In this document: positions 21,026 through 30,997 of the stretch, piece after piece | How positions within the stretch are numbered: position 1 is the first letter of the stretch | How the letters are laid out: each line of letters starts with the position of its first letter | Assembly (NCBI GenBank): GCA_963813025.1 | Contig: CAWEXO010000014.1 | Location: 384,001 to 448,000, forward strand | DNA: 64,000 bases | Direction: 5' to 3' | Origin: an uncultured Verrucomicrobiae bacterium | GTDB taxonomy: Bacteria > Verrucomicrobiota > Verrucomicrobiia > Chthoniobacterales > JAFAMB01 | Program-made: the position numbers and the translations under genes | The notes under the pieces: generated by a model | The model's input: the letters and a program-made list of their open reading frames with translations, nothing else | The model's database searches: none | What the model was told of the DNA's origin: nothing

Positions 21026-21190
21026 GGTAGGGCGAAAATTTATTCGAGCGCTAGCGAGAACTTGTTTGAGCCGTCTCGGGTGTGGCGCGAAGGACAAAGC
21101 GGCGGTGGGAAGGACCGACAGGAGCCGGTCCCTACCGCTGCGGGGCGATCAGCGCCCGGTAGGGAAGGACCGACTGGAGCTACGTGCCGT
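21026..21190. repeat. Family A REP arm with an intact IS110 target, followed by related GTAGGG palindromes
   Basis: TAGGGCGAAAAT at 21028-21039. Confidence 0.75.
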
Positions 21191-21318
21191 TGTCGCGCTC
21201 TTTCAGAGCTGGGCGCTCTCTTATCCGTGTTCCTAGGCCTGCGGCCTAGGCTTTCTTGCATCGCGCCTTCGGCGCTCTTTCGCGCTGAAAGCGCCAAGTC
21301 GCACGCACTCCATAACCT

Positions 21319-21927
21319 TCATCCAATTAACTGTTCCAGGTGCCGTACACAGATCCGGGACCACGTCTCGAATGTCGTTTCCTCGGCTCGCAACTCGGCC
21401 GGAGTCAGAAATTCAATTCCGGTGATCATGCTCTCTCGCTTCTCCACCTTTGCCGATGGCAGTTCTACGAGATGAACAATTCCTAAATGCACTTGGCCGA
21501 CCTCGTTTGAGTCGTCATTCAGCAGTCCAACGATCTCGTTCCGGAGCGGAGGAGGGATCTCGATCTCCTCGTTTATTTCCCGCTCGACTCCACCGAGATA
21601 GGCGTCGCGGTTGAGCGCGAAAAGACCTTCGTCCCGGTCGTTCATGTGGCCCCCGATGCCGATCGAGCCCTTCGCCACCAAACGCTGTTCCCCGGCTTTC
21701 TTACCGCGACGATACCGGAGGACGCGGTCCTGATACTTCAAAATGGCGTAAGGAATAATCTGCTTCAGACTTGGATCGGTCTCCGCGGCTGAGCGAGGCG
21801 CGAAGAAGTTATTCTCGCGCGCGAGGAGCGCGGGCAAGTACTGGTCAACCTGTAAGCACAAACCCTGAAACATCCCCAACTCTTCCAGGAGCTTTCGGCG
21901 GACAACCAGAACCATTTCCTCCTTCAT
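21319..21927 (-). CDS. NUDIX-fold phosphoesterase-like protein
   Basis: ETDPSLKQIIPY, SIGIGGH, REINEE, VGQVHLG. Confidence 0.8.
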   Translation of the reverse strand: MKEEMVLVVRRKLLEELGMFQGLCLQVDQYLPALLARENNFFAPRSAAETDPSLKQIIPYAILKYQDRVLRYRRGKKAGEQRLVAKGSIGIGGHMNDRDEGLFALNRDAYLGGVEREINEEIEIPPPLRNEIVGLLNDDSNEVGQVHLGIVHLVELPSAKVEKRESMITGIEFLTPAELRAEETTFETWSRICVRHLEQLIG

Positions 21928-22388
21928 TGTTCCGCCGCGACTTTCAGTCGCCCAGTCTCCTCCAGTTTTGGTTCTCGCCCTTCATCGACTTCGATGTAAT
22001 CAAACATTGTGAGAATGTCCGTGCGATCTTCGAGCCCGCTCTGCGCGAGGCGGAATTTCAGACGCTCGGTGCTGGGATCGTGCCAGCCATGTTTACGGTT
22101 CCATTGATTCCACATCTCGATCTCCTCGTCATTCGGCGTGCGTCCACGGTGAAAACACCATTCCATTAACTCGTCATCGGTCCCCCCGTCCAGAACACGT
22201 TCGACTAAATCGGCGTAACTCACTCTCAAAAATCGGCAAAGCTTTCCATCAAACCCATCTCCTAACGTGGCGCGGTATTCTTCGGGGAGCTGGCCTTTCG
22301 CCTGCAACCGGATCTTATCGACGGTTCGCGCAAAAAAATAGATGCCGGCGGTTTTGACGTAGGGACTCCGGAGATTTGGTACCTTCAT
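21924..22388 (-). CDS. DUF5069-like protein
   Basis: LRSPY..G..FFARTVDKIRL...LPEEY; FDYIEVDEGR. Confidence 0.75.
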   Translation of the reverse strand: MKVPNLRSPYVKTAGIYFFARTVDKIRLQAKGQLPEEYRATLGDGFDGKLCRFLRVSYADLVERVLDGGTDDELMEWCFHRGRTPNDEEIEMWNQWNRKHGWHDPSTERLKFRLAQSGLEDRTDILTMFDYIEVDEGREPKLEETGRLKVAAEQ

Positions 22389-22503
22389 CTGACGACGATA
22401 AGGAACCTCGGACGGTTCCTCAACTTCTGGATTTTATCACACCAGCGCGCCGCCTTCGTGCGACATAGTGTGATAAAATCCTTCTTTGCGATTGATCAAC
22501 GCT

Positions 22504-23541
22504 ATGGAAAGAAGACGTCAGTTTGCCAGTGACAATAATTCCGGGATCTGTCCCGCGGCTCTGGCCGCATTGAGCGAGGCCAATCGCGGACACGTGACCG
22601 GCTACGGGGATGATCCTATTACCACGCGCGCGCGTGAGTTATTCAATGAACTCTTCGAAACGCGCTGTGCGACGTTCTTTGTCTCCAATGGCACAGCGGC
22701 AAATTGCCTGGCCCTGGCTGCGTTGGTGCAGCCGTTTGAAGCGGTGATCGCGCACACCGACTCGCATCTGGAGACCGACGAATGCAATGCTTTGGGCCGG
22801 TTTGTTCCCGGCGCGAAAATTCTCCACGCATCCGGCCCGTTCGCCCGCATTGATCCAGCTTGTCTGGACCGGTTGATCGAAGGTCAGCGCCCGATTCACT
22901 CTTCCCGGCCTGCGGCGATTAGTTTGACCAATGCAACTGAGCTGGGAACGGTTTATCGCCCCAGGGACATTTCCGCGATTGCCGCGATGGGCCATCGTCG
23001 CGGGATGTTCATTCATCTCGACGGTGCGCGCCTGGCGAATGCCGCCGCCAGCCTTTCCTGTTCCTTAGCTGATTTGACCTGGAAAGCGGGCATCGATGTC
23101 GTCAGCTTTGGGGGAACGAAAAACGGTCTCGGTTTTGGCGAGGCCATCCTTTTGTTTCGCGAGGAACAGGCCAGCCACTTTGCCTATCGGATGAAACAGG
23201 CCGGACAACTCGCCTCGAAGATGCGTTTTCTAGCCGCTCCCTGGATTGGTTTACTCCAGGATGATGTTTGGCTCGAAAACGCCGAACATGCGAATGCGAT
23301 GGCGAAGCTGCTGGAGGAATGTCTGAGCGAAGCCGGTCTGCAGTCGGTGTACCCGCGCGAGGCGAACGCGGTTTTTGTGCACCTTCCTTTGCCTCTTGTG
23401 CAAGCGCTCTACGGGCTGAACTGGCATTTCTACACCGATGTCGGGCCGGATAACGCCGCCCGACTGATGTGCTCGTGGGACACCACCGAGCACGATGTGG
23501 CGGGGTTCGTCGCTGACCTGAAGCAAAATTTGAAAACTTAG
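22504..23541 (+). CDS. Low-specificity L-threonine aldolase
   Basis: FASDN, NGTAAN, TELGTVY, HLDGARLANA, FGGTKNG. Confidence 0.9.
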   Translation: MERRRQFASDNNSGICPAALAALSEANRGHVTGYGDDPITTRARELFNELFETRCATFFVSNGTAANCLALAALVQPFEAVIAHTDSHLETDECNALGRFVPGAKILHASGPFARIDPACLDRLIEGQRPIHSSRPAAISLTNATELGTVYRPRDISAIAAMGHRRGMFIHLDGARLANAAASLSCSLADLTWKAGIDVVSFGGTKNGLGFGEAILLFREEQASHFAYRMKQAGQLASKMRFLAAPWIGLLQDDVWLENAEHANAMAKLLEECLSEAGLQSVYPREANAVFVHLPLPLVQALYGLNWHFYTDVGPDNAARLMCSWDTTEHDVAGFVADLKQNLKT

Positions 23542-23622
23542 CGAGGCCGCTTGAGTGCAACCAGTGCCGCTCTCGGCATTGCCTGACTACGCGCTTGTCT
23601 GAGTCGCGGCCTCGGTCGGCCT

Positions 23623-24213
23623 TTACCGCGTCAGGCGGAAACTCTGCAGAAACGAACGCAGGTCCGCGTCTTTCAGCGGGTCGTCAATCTCTGAGAGCGC
23701 GGCAACCTGGTACACTAGACCGTTCGCCTGAAACATATCGACGACCAGGTTGTAATTGTTGTTAAAATAGCGATGCGTACCAGTGATTCGATAGCCGGCC
23801 AAACCGTGATTGGTAATTGGTTTTACGTCGTGTTGAAATCCGAGCGCTTTCCCAAAGAAAGGGCCGGTCAGTTGTCCCACCGTCTTCTCGTTGAGCTGAA
23901 AGTGCGGTCGGTCATTTAAGTGCACGATCCCCAGATAAACGATGGCGCTCTTGTCGACCCGACGCGCCCCGGTAATTCCGGTTGTCTCTGCGGTAGCATC
24001 GGCCGGCATCATGGTCACCCAGGGATTCACTTGCGGTGTTCCATCCGGCAGATTGACTTCGCAATGATAAGCTGAGGAATTCCAAAGTATCGCTAGACCG
24101 GAGTCACGCGGCAGCAGCCAGAAAAGTGCGATCAAGAAGAAAGCCAGGCCCGGGTGCGGTCTGCGCTTTGCCGGGCACGGGGAGAGGAGAAAATAGCTAT
24201 TCATAGCTTCCAA
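23623..24213 (-). CDS. Hypothetical exported protein
   Basis: 196-aa ORF with a signal-like segment, 3 bp downstream of the UDG gene. Confidence 0.6.
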   Translation of the reverse strand: MEAMNSYFLLSPCPAKRRPHPGLAFFLIALFWLLPRDSGLAILWNSSAYHCEVNLPDGTPQVNPWVTMMPADATAETTGITGARRVDKSAIVYLGIVHLNDRPHFQLNEKTVGQLTGPFFGKALGFQHDVKPITNHGLAGYRITGTHRYFNNNYNLVVDMFQANGLVYQVAALSEIDDPLKDADLRSFLQSFRLTR

Positions 24214-24216
24214 TTT

Positions 24217-25029
24217 TCAAGGACTCTGTCGGATATTCTCGATTTGGTTCAAGTCGTGAGTGCCGTGGGATAGAAAGAAGTTTCGTTGGCGTTCGGTGAT
24301 CTGCCGTCCGAGTTTTTCCAGGACCAGCAGCATGTCCTCCCAGAGTTTGCGCTTTTCGCTCAGGACCTGATTCCTCAACAAGTACGAGGGGTGAAACGTC
24401 GCCATCAGAGGAATCGAACCAAATTGATGCCACCGGCCTCGCAGGTTCTTCATCGGCGCGGCAACTCCGAGGAGCCCGCGCATGGCGGTGCCGCCGAGCG
24501 CGACCATCACCTTGGGTTGAATAATTTCGATCTGGTTCCGGAGATAGGGGAGGCAGGTATTCATTTCTTCGGGTGTCGGAACTCGATTACCTGAGGTCCC
24601 TGGCGGCATATCGGGTCGGCACTTGAGAACATTGGCGATGTACACGGTCTCGCGGGAGAACCCCATAGTCTGGATGATGCGAGTGAGCAATTGTCCGGCT
24701 CGCCCGACGAAAGGTTCGCCTTGCAAATCTTCGTCCGCCCCGGGGGCTTCGCCGACAAACATGAGTTCGGCCTCCGGACTGCCAGTCCCAAACACGACCT
24801 TGTGGCGAGAGGCGACCAGGTGCGGACATTTGCGACAAGCTAGCACCGGGCCGCTCAGTTCCGCGAGCGCACGCGCTTTCGCTGTGGCGTCAGATGGCTC
24901 AGCTACACTCCTATTGGCCAGTCCCTTTATTCGAATCAAGATCTCAGGATTGACGCCTGAGCCGAATCGAGGAGCGCTGCCGCGCAGATGAGTGATCACA
25001 AGCTCCAGGCCATTCTCAAAAGGGGTCAT
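24217..25029 (-). CDS. Uracil-DNA glycosylase family 4
   Basis: CxxC, VGEAPG, PFVGRAG, NVLKCRP, TFHPSYLLR. Confidence 0.93.
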   Translation of the reverse strand: MTPFENGLELVITHLRGSAPRFGSGVNPEILIRIKGLANRSVAEPSDATAKARALAELSGPVLACRKCPHLVASRHKVVFGTGSPEAELMFVGEAPGADEDLQGEPFVGRAGQLLTRIIQTMGFSRETVYIANVLKCRPDMPPGTSGNRVPTPEEMNTCLPYLRNQIEIIQPKVMVALGGTAMRGLLGVAAPMKNLRGRWHQFGSIPLMATFHPSYLLRNQVLSEKRKLWEDMLLVLEKLGRQITERQRNFFLSHGTHDLNQIENIRQSP

Positions 25030-25122
25030 CAGGTGGATTTTCTGGCGCGATTCTCTCCTGCGACCTCTGATCCTAGGCCATCGATCCGCAATTACGCAAC
25101 GCGAAACGTGAAACGTGCTCGG

Positions 25123-26076
25123 CTACGGCGCGGCAGACCCTCCGCTGAACCCGCTCCCGCCGCTCCCGCCGCTTTCCACAATGACTCCGGCTTCGAGAAA
25201 ATCCGCCGGAATCGGCGCTTCGAAACGCATTCTCCCCCCGTGCCGCGGGTGGAGGAAACCTAAACGCCAGGCATGGAGCATTTGGCGGGAGAATCGTGGA
25301 TCGGTTCGTCCATATACCTTGTCGCCTTGCACGGGATGCCCAAGATGATGCAGATGAACTCGAATCTGGTGTGTGCGACCAGTAAAAAGGCGGCAGAGCA
25401 CCAGGGTGCTGCCGCCGATTTCCTGTCGGACTTCGTAAGCCGTCCGCGCGGCTCGACCCCGGGTGACCACAGCCATTTTTTGTCGTTGAATCGGATGGCG
25501 CCCGATCGCGCCACTGATTTCGCCGCAGCGCTTGGCGAAACGGCCTCGGCACAGCGCCAGATACCACTTCTCGACTTCTCTTTGGGCGAATTCGCGGCTC
25601 AAGCCAAGGTGAGCTTCGTCGTTCTTCGCGACAACCAGACAACCGGTCGTGTCTTTGTCGAGCCGATGAACGATTCCCGGCCGCACCTCTCCCCCAATGC
25701 CGCTCAAAGCCGGGCAGTGAAATAACAGAGCGTTCACCAGTGTGCCAGCCTGCCGTCCCGCTCCCGGATGCACACTCAGACCGGCGGGTTTGTCGATCAC
25801 GATCAGATCATCGTCTTCGTAGAGGACAGATAGCGCGATTCGTTCGGCAGCCAGTTCGCTGGACTCCGGAGGTGGAACCCGTACTTCGATTTGGTCGCCG
25901 GCCTGCACCTGATCGCGCGGCCGGGCTGTCCGGGCATTGCGCATCACGTGACCGGTATCGATCAAACGCTTCAATCGTGATCGCGAAAGTTCCGGTACGT
26001 TTCGGGCCAGAAAAACGTCAAGACGCTGTCCCGCCTCTTCGACCAGGACCGTCAGCTCTTCTACTCTGTCGGCCAA
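25123..26076 (-). CDS. rluD: RluA/RluD-family pseudouridine synthase
   Basis: S4 domain, IVHRLDKDTTG, TGRTHQIRVH; the C-terminal tail derives from a family C repeat. Confidence 0.9.
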   Translation of the reverse strand: MADRVEELTVLVEEAGQRLDVFLARNVPELSRSRLKRLIDTGHVMRNARTARPRDQVQAGDQIEVRVPPPESSELAAERIALSVLYEDDDLIVIDKPAGLSVHPGAGRQAGTLVNALLFHCPALSGIGGEVRPGIVHRLDKDTTGCLVVAKNDEAHLGLSREFAQREVEKWYLALCRGRFAKRCGEISGAIGRHPIQRQKMAVVTRGRAARTAYEVRQEIGGSTLVLCRLFTGRTHQIRVHLHHLGHPVQGDKVYGRTDPRFSRQMLHAWRLGFLHPRHGGRMRFEAPIPADFLEAGVIVESGGSGGSGFSGGSAAP

Positions 26077-26091
26077 GCGTGACCCTGCCAG

Positions 26092-26892
26092 CTAAGCGGC
26101 TTCATTGGTTCTATATGGAGCAGCCGCCGCGGCAAAGGCCTGGAGCAAGCCTTTCGGGTCGTCCGCTCGCATCAATGCCTCGCCGATTAGCGCCGCATCT
26201 ACCCCGGCCTCCGCTACTCGTTGAATGTCTTCCGGCGTGCGAATGCCACTTTCACTGACCACCACGCCGTCATCCGGGATCAGCGGGGCGAGATCTTCCG
26301 TCGTCCCGAGATCGGTCTGAAAGGTGGTGAGGTCGCGATTATTAATTCCGATGAACGTCGCCTCGGCTTCCAATGCCAGCTCCAGTTCCGATTCGGAATG
26401 GACTTCAACCAGGCAATCGATCCCGAGCTCGCGGGCCACCTTCATCAGATGACTAAGGTCCGGCTTGGTCAGCGCCGCCACAATTAAAAGAACCGCATCC
26501 GCCCCGGCAAGAGCGGCTTGGTAAATCTGGACTTCGTGCAGCGTAAAGTCTTTGCGCAGCAAGGGAAGGGGAACCTTGGTCCGCACGAGCGCCAGGTAAT
26601 CCAGGTGTCCTTGGAAAAACTTCTCGTCCGTTAAGACGGAGATACAGTTGACCCCGGCCTCATTATAAAGTTGGGCAGTGCGAACCGGATCAAAATCCGC
26701 CGCGATCAGGCCGGCTGAAGGGGAGGCGCGTTTGATCTCGCCGATAAACCCAAACGAACCGGTGCGGAGCTTCGTGGTGAAACCGCGGAACTGAGGGTTT
26801 TTCAGGGCGCGTTCCCTCCATTCATTGGTGTGCTTCACCCACGGTCTGATTTCTTCACGTTTATAAGCAACAATACCGGCCAGATGACTCAT
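26092..26892 (-). CDS. trpC: Indole-3-glycerol phosphate synthase
   Basis: EIKRASPS, SVLTD, LRKDF, GINNRDL, SESGI. Confidence 0.95.
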   Translation of the reverse strand: MSHLAGIVAYKREEIRPWVKHTNEWRERALKNPQFRGFTTKLRTGSFGFIGEIKRASPSAGLIAADFDPVRTAQLYNEAGVNCISVLTDEKFFQGHLDYLALVRTKVPLPLLRKDFTLHEVQIYQAALAGADAVLLIVAALTKPDLSHLMKVARELGIDCLVEVHSESELELALEAEATFIGINNRDLTTFQTDLGTTEDLAPLIPDDGVVVSESGIRTPEDIQRVAEAGVDAALIGEALMRADDPKGLLQAFAAAAAPYRTNEAA

Positions 26893-27180
26893 AACTGATT
26901 GGGGTGGATCGAGGTTCGGCTAAACTTTATCGGAGGCGCAACGGAGAAATCTCGCATGCCGCAGCGATCTTCGAGCCTAACATGAACCAGCATCGAGAGC
27001 GTGTAAAACCGGAGTTCCCGGCCGATGACCGATGACCGATGAGCGATGACTCATGGCTCCCGACTCCTGACTCCCAACTCCGCTAGCGCTCCACTTCGGC
27101 CCGACGCTTTCGCCCCTCGCCGCACGTTGTAGGTATCAGAGCGCGGCGTAGCCGCAACCAAAGCGGCCGCGCAGTCCACT

Positions 27181-27299
27181 GACAGGCTGGAAGCCTGTGC
27201 CACTTTTCCATGTGACACCGGCATCTTGCCGGTCAACCTTCAAACTGTTCAGCTCCTCGCAAATCCTCGCGGGAAAACAACATTTTCACGGACAGTAGC
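27181..27299. repeat. Family E palindromes plus a ~75-bp segment duplicated near 61231-61309
   Basis: GACAGGCTGGAAGCCTGTGCCAC, ACCGGCATCTTGCCGGT and AAAACAACATTTTCACGGACAGTAG. Confidence 0.75.
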
Positions 27300-27311
27300 A
27301 CAGGGTGCCAA

Positions 27312-27384
27312 AGCGGGTGACGCGACTCGAACGCGCGACATCTTCCTTGGCAAGGAAGTGCTCTACCAACTGAGCTACACCCGC
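27312..27384 (-). tRNA. tRNA-Gly(GCC), CCA not encoded
   Basis: GCGGGTGTAGCTCAGTTGGTAGAGCACTTCCTTGCCAAGGAAGATGTCGCGCGTTCGAGTCGCGTCACCCGCT; all stems pair, anticodon GCC. Confidence 0.97.
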
Positions 27385-27520
27385 AGGCTTTTCTTACGAA
27401 GGCTCAAATCATGCCCCTGAACGCAGCGCAATCAAGCAGTTTTTCTGTTGACCTGCGTAGTCCTCCCAGGGTGAAAGCGCCGCGTTTAAGGAGCCGCTGA
27501 CCGACGGTCTTGAACCGGGT

Positions 27521-27943
27521 TCAGACCACGACGCTGATCATCCAGCCAAGGCCGAAACGATCGGTCAACATACCGAAACATGGTGACCAGAAGGTCTTGG
27601 CCAGTGGCATCCGCACCTCGCCGCCATCCGCGAGCGCGGTGAAAGCACGATTGGCCGCGGCCTCATCGGGGACGGCGAGTGACAGTGAAAAGCCCTTGAA
27701 GCCCTTTTCGCTCTCGCAACCACCATCGGAAGCCATAATTGTGCTTTCGCCGATCTTGAAAGAGGCGTGCATGATTTTTTCCTCCCATCCCGGAGGAACC
27801 ATGCCGGGCGGAGGCGGTTCGGGACTTTCTTTGAAGCGCACGATCATGGAGACCTCGGCGCCGAGCGCAGTGCGGTAGAATTCGACGGCTTCTTCGCAGC
27901 GGCCGTCAAACGAGAGATAAGGTTGAACGATGGTGTTTGACAT
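27521..27943 (-). CDS. VOC/PhnB-family protein
   Basis: VQPYLSFDGRCEEAVEFY, IMHASF, FWSPCFGMLTDRFGLGWMI. Confidence 0.9.
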   Translation of the reverse strand: MSNTIVQPYLSFDGRCEEAVEFYRTALGAEVSMIVRFKESPEPPPPGMVPPGWEEKIMHASFKIGESTIMASDGGCESEKGFKGFSLSLAVPDEAAANRAFTALADGGEVRMPLAKTFWSPCFGMLTDRFGLGWMISVVV

Positions 27944-28020
27944 AACGGGTTGTGGTTCGGTGTTGAGGTTGGGTTCGGGTTTGGGTTTGTTGGCGTGGAG
28001 TGAGGTGGCGGATTGCGGAG

Positions 28021-28404
28021 TCAGTTCAACAGGTTCGCAAAGGCTTTTCGGCCGACCCACACCAGATAGAGAGCCAGGGCAACGACAGCAATCAGGACAG
28101 GATCGAGAAGCGTTGTGCCTTTCATGATGAAGACGTGAAAGGCGAGGATGTTCACGAGAATGGGTCCGAGCACGAGCAACCCCAAAATCCGAGTGCGCGG
28201 GATAGCGACGAGGATGCCGCCGAGCAGCTCGCAGACCTTGACGAAAGCGAAGTAGCCCGTCGGACCGAACGCCCCCATGAACATTGCCGCAGGTGTGCCT
28301 GCCGGTAGCGCAGGCATGGGGACAAGATTGAACAGGACGACCACAGAAGACATGATGAAGAGCAGTCCGAGCACAACCGCGGCGATGGTGGGCAAATATT
28401 TCAT
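28021..28404 (-). CDS. DoxX-like membrane protein
   Basis: Four hydrophobic segments; VKVCELLGG and PILVNILAFH. Confidence 0.75.
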   Translation of the reverse strand: MKYLPTIAAVVLGLLFIMSSVVVLFNLVPMPALPAGTPAAMFMGAFGPTGYFAFVKVCELLGGILVAIPRTRILGLLVLGPILVNILAFHVFIMKGTTLLDPVLIAVVALALYLVWVGRKAFANLLN

Positions 28405-28815
28405 AGCTTGGTATTTTAATGTCGCTGCACGACGTTCGTTCCATGTTCCTGAATGGCCGATTTCAAAGGGACGACGAAGAACCGGATCCGTCCAGGACAT
28501 CCTTGTCAATTTTGTCGAGAATATTTCGGAAACGGAGGGACAAAGCCGCCCAGCCGGCGTGCAAACTGCCGCGATGGACGTTCCCGTCACCAGCGGAACG
28601 GGATTGTGCCCGCTCGTCAGCCTCTGGCGGCAACCGTCGTGCGGGCGCTGGTGGATCTACGGGGCGAGCCTTATTTTTGCCACCGCTGTCCGGCAAGGAA
28701 ATATCTGCTTTACTACCATTGGCTGTTGCCACTGCGGTAAGTTCCTGCCTCAGCCTGAAAATGCTGCTGAGAATAGGGTTCTTCGCTTTGAGACAAAGGA
28801 AAACGTAGAACCGAT

Positions 28816-30324
28816 TTAGTACCCGCCGGCCTGCATTGTCCAATTGGACAGTTGCGCTCGCTCACCGGTATTCGGATCAAGAATCAATCGGTGTGCGTGA
28901 TGCTCGGAGAAAAAGTCGAACATATTAAGCAGGGAACCCGCCAGCGCATCAAATGAGTAGTCACCGATCCGGCCTAACTTCCAGTTGTCTTCGATAAATC
29001 GCAAAATGGACGATTGATCACTGATAGTGTGATCAACAAAGTTTTGCTTTGCGAACGGCGAAATCACGAGAAACGGCAAGCGGGGACCATAGCCGAAGCG
29101 TCCTTGATAACCACCCAGCGGCGGATTGGTTCCAGATTGGCCGTTTCGGGTAAAGACATCATAGCGAGTTTGCGACTGATTGACAGTGGGAGGCATTGCG
29201 TGATCATACCAGCCGTCTGAATCGTCATAGGAAATGATGATCGCGACGTGGGCCCAATAGGGCGATTTCATTAGCCGATTTATCGTCTCAACCAGAAATG
29301 TCTGTTCCAATAGCGGGCTGGAATACCCGGCATGACCGTCCTGATAGGCAGGCGCCTTGAGGTAAGAGACGGCCGGCAGATTATGCGCATCCAATGCCTG
29401 CCAGAAATCAGTGATATCATATTGATGATTCGCCTGGTCCGTGTGCCCGATGGCAGCGACTGATGTGGGCGGTTTATGATCCGGGTTTGCGGTGGAAGCG
29501 TAATATTGGAAAGGCTCATGGTGAGGGATATAATCCTTCGTCGGAGAACCGTTCGCGCCGATGTGGCCGTTGCGCGGATCTTTAAATCCTCCTTCGAACC
29601 AACCCCAGGTGATCCCTTTAGCGTTAAGCAGGTCACCAACGTTTTTGCCAGTCATCGCGAAAGTCGGAGCTCTTGAAGCGATATCGCCGGTCGGGTCGAC
29701 ATCAGAAATATCCGTACCCTGGAAAACTGCGCCGGGGATTTCCGGGAACGCGCCGTGCGTCTGCCCGGAAATTAGATTTAATGCGCCGGGAGTCGACGGG
29801 CCAGTCACTGTGCCATAGAAATTGTCGCTCATCGAAAAATTTTGAGCGTAATTCCAAAGAGCCGTAACCGTGTTTCCATCAAAGTAATCCATGACGGTGG
29901 TCGGAAATCCGTGTTCGGGTGTTCCAGTAGACTGGACAAACTTGTCCATCAGCCCATGGTCAAACGCTTTTTGTTCCGCTTGGTACTCATGATCTTGGTC
30001 TGCGGTTGCCGCATGGCCTCGATCCAGACGCTTCGGTTGTAACGAGTTCGGATTACTGGTCAGCAGTGTCTCATTGAGTCCGTTCACCTTTGGAGTGTCT
30101 GGTTTAGCTTCAAAGCGAGCTTCGCCAGCCGCATTCAGGGCTTTCGGATATGTAGCGAAGTAATGATCGAAGGAGACGTTCTCCTGAAAAATAACTACGA
30201 CATGGCTAATCGGGTAAGTTGTCTTACTACCAGCCGTATCATTGTGTGGATTGGCAAAACCGGTACCTGCGAAGGGCACTGTTCCCGTTAGCGCAATCAG
30301 ACACCAGGTACAAAATATTCTCAT
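28816..30324 (-). CDS. Secreted phosphoesterase (phospholipase C / acid phosphatase family)
   Basis: Signal peptide, HVVVIFQENVSFDHYF, DGHAGYS, YDDSDGWYDH, GPRLP. Confidence 0.92.
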   Translation of the reverse strand: MRIFCTWCLIALTGTVPFAGTGFANPHNDTAGSKTTYPISHVVVIFQENVSFDHYFATYPKALNAAGEARFEAKPDTPKVNGLNETLLTSNPNSLQPKRLDRGHAATADQDHEYQAEQKAFDHGLMDKFVQSTGTPEHGFPTTVMDYFDGNTVTALWNYAQNFSMSDNFYGTVTGPSTPGALNLISGQTHGAFPEIPGAVFQGTDISDVDPTGDIASRAPTFAMTGKNVGDLLNAKGITWGWFEGGFKDPRNGHIGANGSPTKDYIPHHEPFQYYASTANPDHKPPTSVAAIGHTDQANHQYDITDFWQALDAHNLPAVSYLKAPAYQDGHAGYSSPLLEQTFLVETINRLMKSPYWAHVAIIISYDDSDGWYDHAMPPTVNQSQTRYDVFTRNGQSGTNPPLGGYQGRFGYGPRLPFLVISPFAKQNFVDHTISDQSSILRFIEDNWKLGRIGDYSFDALAGSLLNMFDFFSEHHAHRLILDPNTGERAQLSNWTMQAGGY

Positions 30325-30519
30325 TTAAACATCTCGAGTCTATCCGTGCCTTACTCAGCTGCCCATTTTACTCCGTTCCTGCGTGCTTTTTCAAATGGTT
30401 CGGGAGCGAGCCGGGGACCAATACCGACGACAGAGCGTGCGATGACACAACTCTTCGTCCAGATCGACGATTCGCCCGCCTTGGGCGCCGGGGCTTCGGC
30501 GGACGGCTGCGACGCTCCT

Positions 30520-30655
30520 GCATCAGGCCGCTCTCGTACACAACTTTGCCGCGGCGGTCCGCCTCCCGATAAATGAGGCCGAGCCTTTCGCGAAGCGCTT
30601 CAAATCGGCTATAAGGCACAACCAAGATGTCCATTGGCATGTTGATGTCACGAAC
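30520..30655 (-). pseudogene. C-terminal fragment of a minimal nucleotidyltransferase (MNT)
   Basis: PMDILVVPYSRFEALRERLGLIYREADRRGKVVYE resembles MNT C-termini; no GS/DxD N-terminus present. Confidence 0.5.
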
Positions 30656-30997
30656 GGAATTCCGTAGTCGGATGCTTGTCTTCGTGCATCCGAATCTGCT
30701 GTGGCTCGTTGTTCATCGCTAGATCCACACTGCTTCAGCTGCCCGGGTGTAAGCGGCTAAGGCCGCCACGCGCCCGTGCTCCCATCCAACGCTATGCTGG
30801 TCGCAAAGGCGGGCGTAGTCTTGTTCGAGTCTGGATGCGAGCTCATCCGGCTTCAGGTTAGCGGACGCAACGGCCAGCCTCCGTCGGGAAGGAGGTTTGG
30901 CCACTTGAGCCGCCGCCAACGGCGATCCGGCGCAGCGGGTCAGCAGTTCTTCTGATACTGGCATAGCGCGCCGATGATCTTTCCTAATTCACTAACT

